A stretch of 64,000 bases of DNA from Hamiltosporidium tvaerminnensis FI-OER-3-3 (Eukaryota > Fungi > Microsporidia), in the NCBI GenBank assembly GCA_022605425.2, contig JAKIMF020000001.1:2617471-2681470 (forward strand). Direction: 5' to 3'. The notes below the pieces were generated by a model. It searched no databases, was not told where the DNA came from, and saw only the letters and a list, made by a program, of their open reading frames with translations. A program made the translations under genes and the position numbers. Shown here piece by piece: positions 9,137-20,501 of the stretch (its first letter is position 1; every line of letters begins with the position of its first letter).

Positions 9137-11119
9137 ATGGATTATTTAGTTCATTTTTATCGATTCTTTATGCATTTAGTTAATATTAATGCTTCTTTAG
9201 ATCAAAAAAATGGAAAAAGAGTTCTTCCCGAAGAAATAACGATCTTGGAGATCAAACACCCCCGACATATCGAATCATTTATTTCAGAAAACCCAAAAAT
9301 ATGCCTCAAAAAATCCGAATCGTGCAAAAGAACAAAGACAGGCATAAAAACTTCCGAAAAAGAAGACGGTGATACTTTGAAAAAAATCACCAGAGAAAAT
9401 CAAATGAACGATGTACATCATTCTGTTGAATCAGTTATTAGTGAAGACATTCAATCACAAATTATACCCAAAGAAAAATCTCATGAAAACCCAGATATTA
9501 CATCAAATTCACCTATTTCGAGCAATTATTTAAAAGTCGACTCCAAATCGCGATTTCAGAAAATAATAGCAAAGTATAATCCTCGCATGGGTTTGAAATC
9601 AAATGATTCCTTAGAAACACAACACACAGCCGACAAAGGTCATATAAAACCATATATTCCATGTAAAAATGGCAATAATACTATTTCTTCCAGCAATATA
9701 TATTATCATGACAATATAACAAAAAAGGTTAATATTCCTGAAGATTTTCGTAGAAATAGAATAATTCCAACTGATCGAATATTTTATTCATCGCGAAAAA
9801 AACAAAGTGTTGTAGAAACCAAAAAAAAACCAGCGGAACAAAAAGAACAAGAAAAAGAACAAAAAACGATATTAAATAAAATAAAACCGAACATTCGCAA
9901 TGTTCAAAACGAACCTAAGTTTTTGGAACTTTTTAAATGCAACGTTGAATTAAAAGATCATGATAAGTCTATTACAACCATAAAAGACGAACTAATCGAC
10001 ATATTATATCCAGAAAAATCCGAAAAAGTAGTGAATATACAGTGTATAGATGAATGTTTTAATGTGAAAAATTATCTATTTTATGATGCAAAGAATAAAA
10101 CCCTTGATTTTACCCTTGAAACTTTTAAAGAAAATTATGATTTCAATAAAATATTAGAGGTTGGTAAAAATCTTGTCGAAATAGAGATTTTATCGTATTC
10201 TAAATTCGATGCAGTCGGCATCGCTGAAACGATTAAACCAATAAAATACTCTGAAATTATTTCTGAAGTAAAAAAAAGTCAACTTAATATAATTTGTGTG
10301 GAATTAAACTATATTTATGAAAAATGTGGAAATTTTACTGAAACTTCTATAAAGAAAGGCCGTGTAATATATATGCATTATATTTGGGTTGTTATAAAGT
10401 ACTTAACAGATTTGCTTTTTGATGAAAAATTATGTAGAAATGAACTACATTATATAAATACACTAAATATAATTACTTTTTTTATCAGAAAATTGCTCTT
10501 AGAATTACTAATTGGGTTCAATTTTGATCCACAGAAGGTTGAGACATATAGAATATTGAATACAATTTCATATTATTCTGCAAATGCTCCAGATTATAAA
10601 AAGTATTTCAGTTGCAATCTTTTTACTATAATGATGCGAGCTTCATTTAGATTTCTATTTGATTCGGTGTGCAAGATTGACTATAAATGGAATACAGATT
10701 TAATTATACAACTCATTACTAATTTACAACGCCATCTAAGACCTACTAATAATAAAAGAGGAATTTATGAGTTTTTTCACAAAAATTTTCTTGTGAGGAC
10801 ATTCTTGGGAAAATATGATGAGATTTATACTGAGTTGAGATCTGTTAAGAGTACGAATAAGAGTATCCTAAAGCTAATTAATGAAGCATCTGAAAAATCT
10901 AATAGTTCTAAAGTTGTTGAAGAAAACCCAGATGACATATTAATATGTTTTATAAAGTCTGAATTCAAGATTATCTGGATAAATTGTAAAATCTATAGTT
11001 GCAAGTTTGCATTTTTAAAATTTAGACACAAGAAAAGCTATGAAAAGATCTTAAATGAAATTATACAACAGAAGAAAACCTATTCCCCTCCCGAAGACCC
11101 GAGTACAATGAGTATTTAA
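9137..11119 (+). CDS. Hypothetical 660-aa protein, putatively secreted; intact member of a three-copy family in this window
   Basis: Long ORF in DNA where stops are frequent. CCCC at 9120-9123 before the ATG and AATAAA at 11120-11125 right after the stop. Short hydrophobic N-terminus, polar low-complexity middle, and a C-terminal domain similar to 33432-35282. Confidence 0.85.
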   Translation: MDYLVHFYRFFMHLVNINASLDQKNGKRVLPEEITILEIKHPRHIESFISENPKICLKKSESCKRTKTGIKTSEKEDGDTLKKITRENQMNDVHHSVESVISEDIQSQIIPKEKSHENPDITSNSPISSNYLKVDSKSRFQKIIAKYNPRMGLKSNDSLETQHTADKGHIKPYIPCKNGNNTISSSNIYYHDNITKKVNIPEDFRRNRIIPTDRIFYSSRKKQSVVETKKKPAEQKEQEKEQKTILNKIKPNIRNVQNEPKFLELFKCNVELKDHDKSITTIKDELIDILYPEKSEKVVNIQCIDECFNVKNYLFYDAKNKTLDFTLETFKENYDFNKILEVGKNLVEIEILSYSKFDAVGIAETIKPIKYSEIISEVKKSQLNIICVELNYIYEKCGNFTETSIKKGRVIYMHYIWVVIKYLTDLLFDEKLCRNELHYINTLNIITFFIRKLLLELLIGFNFDPQKVETYRILNTISYYSANAPDYKKYFSCNLFTIMMRASFRFLFDSVCKIDYKWNTDLIIQLITNLQRHLRPTNNKRGIYEFFHKNFLVRTFLGKYDEIYTELRSVKSTNKSILKLINEASEKSNSSKVVEENPDDILICFIKSEFKIIWINCKIYSCKFAFLKFRHKKSYEKILNEIIQQKKTYSPPEDPSTMSI

Positions 11120-11689
11120 AATAAATTGATAAATTTTTGCAAGTTCTAATATCGTTTTTTTCAATTCTCTATATTTTCTTAAAATAACGAAAAATCAAAA
11201 TCTTTAAATCGATTATTAGGATATATTTGATTTCTGTTAGATTATCTTCTGATTTTAACTTTTAATACTACTATATAACAATTTATTTATATTCGAGTAG
11301 ACTTTTAAATTACATGAATCTTCGCCAAAGGTTTATATAATCTGAAATTTTAATTTGAGATGTTCCTTTTGTATTGGTAATTAAATATTTAAGCGCTATA
11401 TATGCTTTATGAAGAGATTTTTAATGGTATTTTGAATCTAATATAAGATTATGTCATGATTTTATCTGTGCTCATATTGTAAAATTTTTTCTTTTACTAA
11501 ATTGCGGGTGCTTAGAATTTTTCAGTGTTCAGAAAAAGGTTTAGTTCCATTATTATCATTTCAGCTTTCTAGCTTAAATATTACGATATTTAGTTAAAAG
11601 AACATTTCACGTTATAATACAAGTAATAATATACGAATCTAATTGTAGAAACAAGTTGTCATTATTTATATATCCCATATTCCTTGCGT

Positions 11690-11975
11690 TTGGGTTTCAG
11701 ACTTCGGAATGTAATTTGTGAATGAATATTATAAATCAATTCCTTCTCAAATGCAAACCTAATAGATCTCTTTTGCTTACTTACCTATTCTATTTCTCTT
11801 TACCTCTCAGTGTCGAGGATAAAAAAATTTAATTTCACCATTTCTTTCTTTTAATCTGTTGTAACTCAGGATTATAGAGAATTGGCATATAGATCCAGTG
11901 CGGTTTATATCCCAAAAAATGGCAAAAATGGATTTCACACCGATTATAGGCACAAATTGTCCACCAGATGGTTTT
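11690..11975 (-). mobile_element. Possible highly decayed Ty3/Gypsy integrase core remnant
   Basis: Across frameshifts the minus strand gives GGQFV...FCHFLGYKPH...YNPE...ERNGEIK...E*V...RFAF, resembling the rve pattern G.QF...FC...GI.H...Y.PQ.NG..ER.N..IK...W...FA. Confidence 0.4.
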
Positions 11976-13613
11976 AATAAGTTATTCTCTCTTCACTTCT
12001 CTTATTCTTATTCTTATTCCTTTCTTGTTACATTCTCTATTATGCTTACATTTTTATACCAACAGAATAATGTAGTATTTAAGTAAAATAATTTCACTTT
12101 TCTTACATATATAGAAAGAAAAAGAGAAATAGAAAAAAAATCATAAAACAGTCTAGAAACACTCTTATATCAATAAAATAGACTAACCAACGTATCAGAT
12201 AATAAAGCCAAAATTAAAATGTATAAAGAATTTATTAAAATAAAAAAAAACAAATTCGTCAAAAAATATTCTACAATATATTTCATACAAATTATTTTAA
12301 CATAAAATATTGCTTGACAAGCATTTCAATGGGTTTTACATTTGAAAATGAGGAAAAGATGAGAATAGTCTTGTTCTATTTAGAATTAATTATTGTGGTG
12401 TTTGATAAATATTAAAACCATTAAATCATTTCGCATACAGAAAATATGAAACTTTCTGTATATATTTCATTGATATTTGCTTTGATAGTGCAAGTTCAAA
12501 ATTGATGGCTGTAACATAGTAGGGTCAATACTTTAATTTAAACTTTCCTATGAAATGTGAGATCGATTTAAATTTTTGAATGAATTCATGTAAGACATAG
12601 AAACTTAATTCTAATTAAAAGTTACTTTTCTAATAAATTAGTCAAACAGTTTAGTATAAAAAAATAATTGCAAGTAATTGTAAATTTATAATTTGTTTTT
12701 TGTAATACAATATAACAGTTTGGTTTCTTAATGAGAATATTATTCAAATTGAAGAAAAACAATCAAATTTAAGAAATTTTATATTTTTATAAATACTTGA
12801 GTGATATAAAAATCATTTGAAATATATTTAACTACTTTGTAAAATCTCATTTGGTTAAAAAACTTTTCTAAACAAACAAAAATATCGAACCGGGATTTAA
12901 ATATCAAAATGCTCTTCTTTTGTAAGATTTTAAAAATTTCCAAAATAGCTATCATTGTCTTTTTTAAGAAAATAAGTTACAAAGTCAAAATAAAAAGTCT
13001 ACTCTCTTCTTCCTCTGTGTGTTTAATATAGCACTAGCGGAATATTATTTTACTTTGGACATCAATATAAGTCAAAAAAGCTAATGTAGCATTATATAAT
13101 TTTTTAGAATAGCATGAGTTGCTTCTTTATCATATAAAATAAAAATTTCATGTAGATAAAAGGAAATGATCTTGGAACAAAAGAAAAGAAGTCTTAGTGA
13201 ATTTTCTTCAGTTCCTTGCAAATGAGACCTAAAAAAAATTTATAGTAAGAAAAATAGAATGTATGATAATATAGAAAATCAACTGCTTTTGATTCAGTAC
13301 TAAATACAAATTATTCTTCGAAAAAGTTCAGTATTAAAAATCTTCGCAAAAAATGAAAGAAAATTAAAAATAAACAATCAAAAATAAATAGACTTTCTTA
13401 TAAATAAATTTAAAACTTAAAATCTAAAAAATATTCATAAAAATAAAAACCTAAAATTCTGAAACGAACGAAATAATATAAAATTTGCTATAAAATGTGA
13501 GCAAATTTATTGTAAAAGCACAATTTTGGCAAACCAAATCATAGTTTATGTGCTAACTTAGATTCCAAAGAACGTTCTTTAGATTTTTAAAAGTATATAA
13601 AGAAGAAAAAAAA

Positions 13614-14258
13614 ATGAAATTAATGAAAAAATACAATTGTTGTTTTATAATACAAAGTTTAATATTTCTTATTCCGCTCAGCTATATACAATGTTCAAAT
13701 TCATTCATGCGAAATCCTAACAATATTGCAGATATGTTTATGGTAAAAGAAAAACAAAGAAAATATGGTCCAGGTTTGGTGATACCAGTAGAAGAAGTCA
13801 ATCCTAACCCTATAATATATCCATAAAAATACCGTGGAAACGGAAAATTTAATATGAATGACTATATACCAGCAATGAAAGTACAAATAATCATACAAAA
13901 TTTGAGTCGACCAGAAGTATTTGAAGGAAACAGCAAGGAGGAAAACGGTAAAGAAGAACCAAAAGAGGAAGATATTAAGCCGGAAGAAAAGGAAGAAATT
14001 AAAGATGAAAATAAAGACGAAAAAAAAGACGAAGATAAAGTTGAAAATAAAGATGAAGATGAAGAAGATGAAGACAAGTCTGAAGAAAACGATAATAAAA
14101 AAGAAGAAGACAAGGAAGAGAACAAAGAGATTCTCACTAGCGATGAAAAGACCCTTAATCCTGCTACAGAAGATAACCAGATAAAAGATCTGAACACCAA
14201 AAACCAAGATGACCTTCCTGCAGCTGATCAAAGCAAGGAATCAGCTACTTCAAAGTAA
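13614..14258 (+). pseudogene. Signal-peptide plus highly acidic (E/D/K-rich) protein gene interrupted by one in-frame TAA
   Basis: ORFs 13614-13826 and 13854-14258 are in the same frame, separated only by TAA at 13824-13826. Joined length is 214 codons. Hydrophobic N-terminus (FIIQSLIFLIPLSYIQC). TATATAAA at 13594-13601. Confidence 0.65.
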
Positions 14259-15152
14259 AGTGTGAAAAAATTAAACCTTGTATACGAATACTGGTTAGAA
14301 ATTGATAAAAATAAAGATATTACAAATGTATGAATTGTTCTATTTTAAATTAATTTGCAGGAAAGCCACGGATTGAAATTTTTTTTCTTGTTTTGTAAAT
14401 TATTTAATTTCAATATTTTTTTAAAAACTACATAGATTAAACTATGTGAAAAAAATAAATAAAATTATTGATTTTAATTGATATAAATACTTAATAAAGT
14501 CAATTCGTCTTTTTTGACTTATTTTTATGTATACTTTACCAAATTATCTTCTTCCATATACAGATGCTATTTTTAAATTATATATTTGATCTTTGTTTAC
14601 ATTCGTTCTGAAATTAATATTTCAGCAATCGAATATTTGTTTGAAAATAGCCTTTTTTTTTACAGAAAAAGTTATTCCAAGGAACTAAAAATTACATGCA
14701 TCTCTCGGTTTCCTCTATGCTCTCACTGAAGCTTCTCAGGTCTCATTAGAATAAAATATTGACTACTGGGTTTTTTTTCGAGTGAAATTAAAAGAACGTG
14801 CTCTTTATTCAAACTATTATTAATCGATCCTTGGCTTAATTATTAGTAATATTTGAACCTTACTAATATACATTTTTGTATTTGTAAAGTATATTTTCCA
14901 TGTTATTCTACCAGAGAGATTACTATAGTACCCCAAACATGTAATTAAAATTGGCTTGATTGTTTTTTCCATTAATAGAAAAAATTTATTAAATGCTAAT
15001 TTTCGTATAAATTGTAAAAAATATTAAATAGTTTTTTGTGATTTGCAGCTTCCTATGTATTATTTATTTTTTCATTTATAAAAAAATAACTGAAATTATT
15101 CTATTTAATAGATAGAAAAATTTTATATCCCAAAATAATTCTTAATATTGAT

Positions 15153-15425
15153 CCCTTTAAACGATTCTTTTTCTTCAATGATTATTTTCATTTAGAAATA
15201 CTTCCGGATATTTATTATAATGAACAAATACAGCAAAAAGAAATATATTTTTTACACAAATCCAATTTGTATCATTTAGAGTAAATCTGCTTAATTTCTG
15301 TAACTCTTTTTAATCGACTTGGCGATTTTCGACGCAATTATTTTTTCTTTTATTAATCATTTTTAAAGTTCTTGTATCCCAAGACATCAAAAAAGACACA
15401 AGATAGGCCATAATGCATTAAAGGG
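15153..15425. mobile_element. Possible old piggyBac-type MITE (273 bp)
   Basis: Ends CCCTTTAAACGATT and (reverse complement) CCCTTTAATGCATT match at 11/14. Flanks TGAT and TTAT are only degenerate versions of TTAA. Confidence 0.35.
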
Positions 15426-15619
15426 TTATAACTCCCAATATATTCGTATTATCTGTGTATTCAAGGTATATTCAACGATAATTTTCTTAAATTTATTATA
15501 AAAGGTGTAAAATCATTTTTTGACCTAAATAGTCTTAAAGAAAAGACTTTACAATTCGTAAAAAGTCATTTAGTTAAAGATAAAAACGTTTTTATTTAAT
15601 CTTCGTTTACATTATACTC

Positions 15620-16260
15620 GATTTTCACAGGATAACAAAGGAACCCATATGAATTGCATTTATAGAAGTTAAAAACAAGATAATACTTGAAAAGACAAGA
15701 CTAGTCACACTAAATTATAAGCAAAAAATTTTCTACATGCAATTTACTGATCCGAGACACTATAGTTTCTAACTTGAAAGTCTTCAGCCTGAACTGAATA
15801 ATTTTATTGAGTTTCATACAGCAGTTGCTAGTGTGGTTGAAATAAGAAGGTATACTGCAACACGAGATACAAGTAGGGTTTTTACTTGATTAGAAATACT
15901 CGCATGAGGATTTTAATGATTTTGAGTCATGAAGCGAAAATATGCCTTTGCATCTTTATGATTGTTCTAAAATAAAAAAATAAATATCAAGCTGCAAATC
16001 AGAATTTTTGAAAATTAAAAAATACCGAATTACACCAATATTTAAATTCTAATTATGGTATATCGTATTAAAATAAATCATCAGAGAAATTTTAAATAAA
16101 ACAACTCTAAGAAAATTCATATGATGCAGCAAAAAATATATATTTCTATACCGAGTTTTACGGCATAAAGTGTGATTTTAACTGTTTAAACCTTATTTTT
16201 GGTTAAGAAACGAAAGCTAAAGCCACGATTAGTAAAGTTTTATTAGTGTAAAAATTCCGG
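15620..16260 (+). mobile_element. Old internal fragment of the R4-like retroelement (post-RT region)
   Basis: AGACTAGTCACACTAAATTATAAGCAAAAAATTT ~ 25309-25343; GAAGCGAAAATATGCCTTTGCATCTTTATGATTGT ~ 25550-25584; TGGTTAAGAAACGAAAGCTAAAGCCACGA ~ 25837-25866. Collinear, and may extend weakly to about 16500. Confidence 0.75.
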
Positions 16261-18399
16261 GAAATTGATTTTAATGCCCAAACTAGGTTTCATTCAAGAT
16301 CAGAATTACCTATTATGGCTTCGTAATACAATAAATCAGTGTATAAACTATACCTTCACCTAGAAAATAAATATAATCTAATTTCTTCTTCACCAAATTA
16401 TCATTCATCCAATAAATTCTTTATAAAATGCACGAATTGTTAGAAGGTACTTAGAGAATATAAGTAATTTTATATTCGAAATAAAAAATCAAATATTTCT
16501 ATTTTACAACATATTAAATAATAGTTCACTAAATTTAATTGTAATCTCTTCACCAATTCGCTTCAACCTTGGTTATGACCTATGGTTTTCATAGGCTAAA
16601 ACTAAAGGGTTACGTTATTTGTTAGTTAGAGCCAAGGAAATCTCATATACGTAATAGTCTATAAAGTATTTCCACTTTAAGTACCATTAAAATATCACAA
16701 TAACCTACAAATTCTCGACTATCAAGTTTAATGATCTCTAAGGTTCATAAGACAGCTGAACGAACTTCTTCCAATTGATAACATAAACTTGATTCAGAAC
16801 CAAATGCTATTAGAAATCGAAAGCCCACTGCCGTTAACATTCAGGAAGCGGAATGGCGTCATAACTTATTCTAATTCTTACACTATATATTGGGAACAAA
16901 GAAAGTAATAAGCAGATGGTTATATTAAAATACCACTGATACGGAATGATATAGCTGCTGACAAAAATCTGATAAAAAAGAAAAAAAACAAATAGGATAT
17001 ATAGAGGAGAATAACTCCGCAACTATACGATTAATACTGCTACGCTGATCGCCAAGCTCAAATAAAAGAGTAGGATTTTGCATAAGGAAAACACTCCAAT
17101 CGCATAAAACAATTATTTTACGAAACCAAAACTAAATAATATAGATTAGAAAACTCGTTAAGGAAGACAGGGCTCTTTAAGAACCGTAGCGCCAATTAGT
17201 AGTATTAGTAGTAAAGAGAAGAAGTGTTAAATAAGCAGATAATCTTTAAAAAAAATAATAGCTCTCAAAACAGAATTCAAATGCAATCAATTAAATCATA
17301 TCATAATTCAAATAAGATATTTAAATACAGCAATCAGTAAACAAATCGAATCGAAATTAATAGAAACTGTATTAGTTTGCATAAAATTTTTGGTTAGTTT
17401 AAATCATTCTAGGTCAAAGTTCGATCTATAATTAAAATTAAAATTTGATGTTTTATTAAAAAACCCATCATTTTGGGTTTTTTTCGGAATAAGAATTTTT
17501 TTTATTTTCTTTAATTTCAAATTTCTATTTAAAATCCGCAACAAATATCACTTATCTATTTCCCCAATGCATTTCATATTGTTTTGCTCATTCTCATTCG
17601 AGGCTTTTTGAAATTGAAAATTTTGTCGACTGCCAACTATTAGTCTTTTCTATAAGCTGACTAAAAAAATCTTTTATTTAATAATATTGTAAATTTTTAA
17701 AGTCTAATATTAAATTTAAGCCATAATATTATCGAAAATATATCCCTTAATAGCAGAATAAACGATAATTAAATCCAATATAACTAACCATGGTCCAATA
17801 TTCAAATTTTGCTTGTTTATTTGTTCAAATACCGGAAAAAAGTCTAATAAGCAGTTCCGTCATCAATAACCTGTATCATATATCTATATCAAAATAAAAA
17901 TTAGATAACATCCTACTGTAAAAAATCTACTTTTATTATAAATCCTATCTTTTCCTGAAAAAATTTACTAAGAAATTCTTTTAAAATTTTGATTTAACCT
18001 TATTGATTCATTCATCCTTGAAACCAAAGGCCCATGCGAAGCTTGGTCTCCCTTGGTAATATCGCCTATCGGTCTTTTTCTGTTGGGTTTGTTTACTTTT
18101 TTGTCTTTTGTAATAAGGTGGTTTTAAAGAGTGCGTTGTTAGCTCCAGACCCAAACAACACTCTGGACGACCACTGCTTTTTAGCCGTCTCTTACACAAG
18201 CAAAGAATTCTAAAACCAAATTTGCTTCCGACATGATGGAGAAATTTATCACCGATAGTTCAATTTATTTTTTAAGATTATTGTTGAAAAAACGTCATAT
18301 ATGAAGGAACTGCAAAAACCCTAGAAAAAATAAGATAAGGCAATAAAATAAACCAAAAAAAATTAATATTTTATAATTCATTTCTCAAATGAATTTACT

Positions 18400-19260
18400 T
18401 TGTTTGTCTTATATTTAAAATAAAAATTTTTAAAAAAGCAGAAGGTGGGTTTCAAGAGAGCAAACGCCTAAGAAAATAGTAGACCATATAGCATAGAGGC
18501 ACAAAAAACCCGGTCATGCTATACTAGACTACACAGAAAGTATATTACGCATACGTTTACTCTTACTTAACAGATAAAAATTTAAAAAAAAAACGAATTA
18601 GAAGTCTCACGGTTCAAAAAAATATTGAAAATGAGTATGAAAGATAAAAGTAGACACCCGAATAACAGTTTATGTCGAAATTCAGAATAATAAGCCAGGA
18701 TATTTATTCGGAAGAAGTGTTAGAATAAATAAACTTTTTCAAATATGAATTATTGACGAAAATTCGTTTAATTAGATTAAAAAAAGAAGCCTAGGGCGTT
18801 TGATTCAAGTCGATGAATTAGTCTTATTTATAATTGTTTTTTTGGAGAATATGCCAATTTTTGATGCGAGAGAGTATGGTACCGAAAACCATAAGAAGCA
18901 GCTTAAAATGCGACAAATACCCATGCACAATAAGACATACATCCTTTCGATAGTACTAAAGTTGACAATTATAAGGCATTCTTTTGATTGCAAAGAGTAT
19001 TTATGTTATAAAAAAATGCGAAAAGAACTGAGATAGAAGGCCGAATGTGTGAGTTAAAGAGCCAAGGTGCATAAACAACCCAAAACCCATTTATAGCAAG
19101 TAAATAAACAGGATTATGGTGTTAAACAAGTAAATAAAAATATATTATCTCTTATTTTAGAAGAAGTAAACGCAGCTTGAAATTGAACATTAATGTAAAT
19201 GAAGAGTCTGATTTGAAGGAATCCGATGAAGCAATAATTGGAAAAGATAAAATCTATAAA
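18400..19260 (+). mobile_element. Old 3' fragment of the R4-like retroelement (zinc knuckle, RLE, tail)
   Basis: ORF 18800-19036 (HKKQLKMRQIPMHNKTYILSIVLKLTIIRHSFD) aligns with HKSHLKRLEIPMNVEAYIQSIVLKKTVETISFD. DNA is collinear with about 25880-26760. Confidence 0.85.
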
Positions 19261-19654
19261 CTCTGCTCAAATAAACTAATTACTACATAGAGGACTTTAA
19301 AATATAATTTCAAACCCAAAGAGTTTGTTCAAAGGTGTAGATAAACCATAAAACAATATTGAATTAAATTTCTACGCAAGAACACAACAAAGAATATAGA
19401 GAAATTTTCACCTCGTCATACGTTGAAATTCAATTGAAACCAATTACTACCAAGAAAAAAATACAAATTATAGCTATTTAATCCAAGTATTATTTTGTAA
19501 AGAACATAGGTTCTTAAATATAAATACATCTATCAAGATTTCCCTATTCCTACTGTTTAATAATACAAGTTTTACATGATTTATAACCTATATTAATTTT
19601 TTTAACGGTGTTTTGTATCTATTAGCAAATATAATAATATCGCGTTTAACCATA

Positions 19655-19669
19655 CTAACCCTAACCCTA
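19655..19669. repeat. Short interstitial (CCCTAA)n tract
   Basis: CTAACCCTAACCCTA, 2.5 exact TTAGGG-type units, with a degenerate TAACCA unit just upstream. Confidence 0.5.
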
Positions 19670-20501
19670 TCTAAAATTTTGTTTATACACACAAGAAATT
19701 TATATAATAAAAAATAAACTATTTAAAAAACAAGATTTGAAAGTAAAAAAAAAGTAAAGGAATGATAAATTATATAATAAAAAGCTTTTTAAATCTGTAT
19801 TATTAACGCTGATTTTTTTATAGTAATAGAAAAAATCAAAAATATTTGGTAAATTATATGAAAATAATATTTAATAAGTATAAAAATCATATGTAGGATC
19901 ACGGTTGTAATTAGTGAAGAGATATTTTACAAATTAACACAAAATTTTTGGATTTAAAAAACTATCAAAAAATATACTAAATATTTCTATTTATTCAGAA
20001 TATTATAAATATAAATTGATGACTTTTAAATTATGTTTATTCCTTTAAATACTACTAAATAATATTAACATTGATTGAAAAACAAAGACATTTCATATTG
20101 AGTTAAAATTCTAAAGAAGGAACTAAGTATTGATAAAAATTCTAATATTTATTAAATATAATTATTTTAATAAACTTTGAATATTTTATTAAATAAAAGA
20201 TTGCAGATATTTTTAAGTGCAATCAGCAATGCCGAACACTCACTATTGGAAAGTGTAAAATCACAGGCATACTGATATCGAAAAGCAAAAATAATTTAAT
20301 ATTTAAAACAATTTCAGAAATATATTTTTTGAGGTAAAAATAACACTTAAGTAAACAATTTATTAATTTCTTATACATTGTAAGTTATGTAAATATATTT
20401 TTTGCCTTATAAAATTAGAATTTATTAAAGCGAATTTCGAAGTTTTTATTTTAGAATCACAATAATGCAAGAAATTAGAAAAAAATTCAAATAAAAAATC
20501 T

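Noticed and set aside
11919-12086. 55-aa small ORF preceded by CCC
   Set aside because: No canonical poly(A) signal at the stop, part of it is a TTCTTA microsatellite, and the opposite strand is better explained as an integrase relic.
13701-14231. Phe-, Ser- and Lys-rich ORFs of 176, 112 and 87 aa
   Set aside because: Shadow frames of the purine-rich acidic coding region.
16860-16980. Integrase zinc-finger-like relic (KYH*YGM)
   Set aside because: Only one short motif, with no supporting Cys pair or core domain visible.
16260-18400. Fragments at 15620 and 18400 as one old retroelement split by a 2-kb insertion
   Set aside because: 16290-16450 seems to continue weakly (GFIQDQN, similar to CYIQDRN) into the region also covered by the second fragment, so two separate copies are at least as likely.
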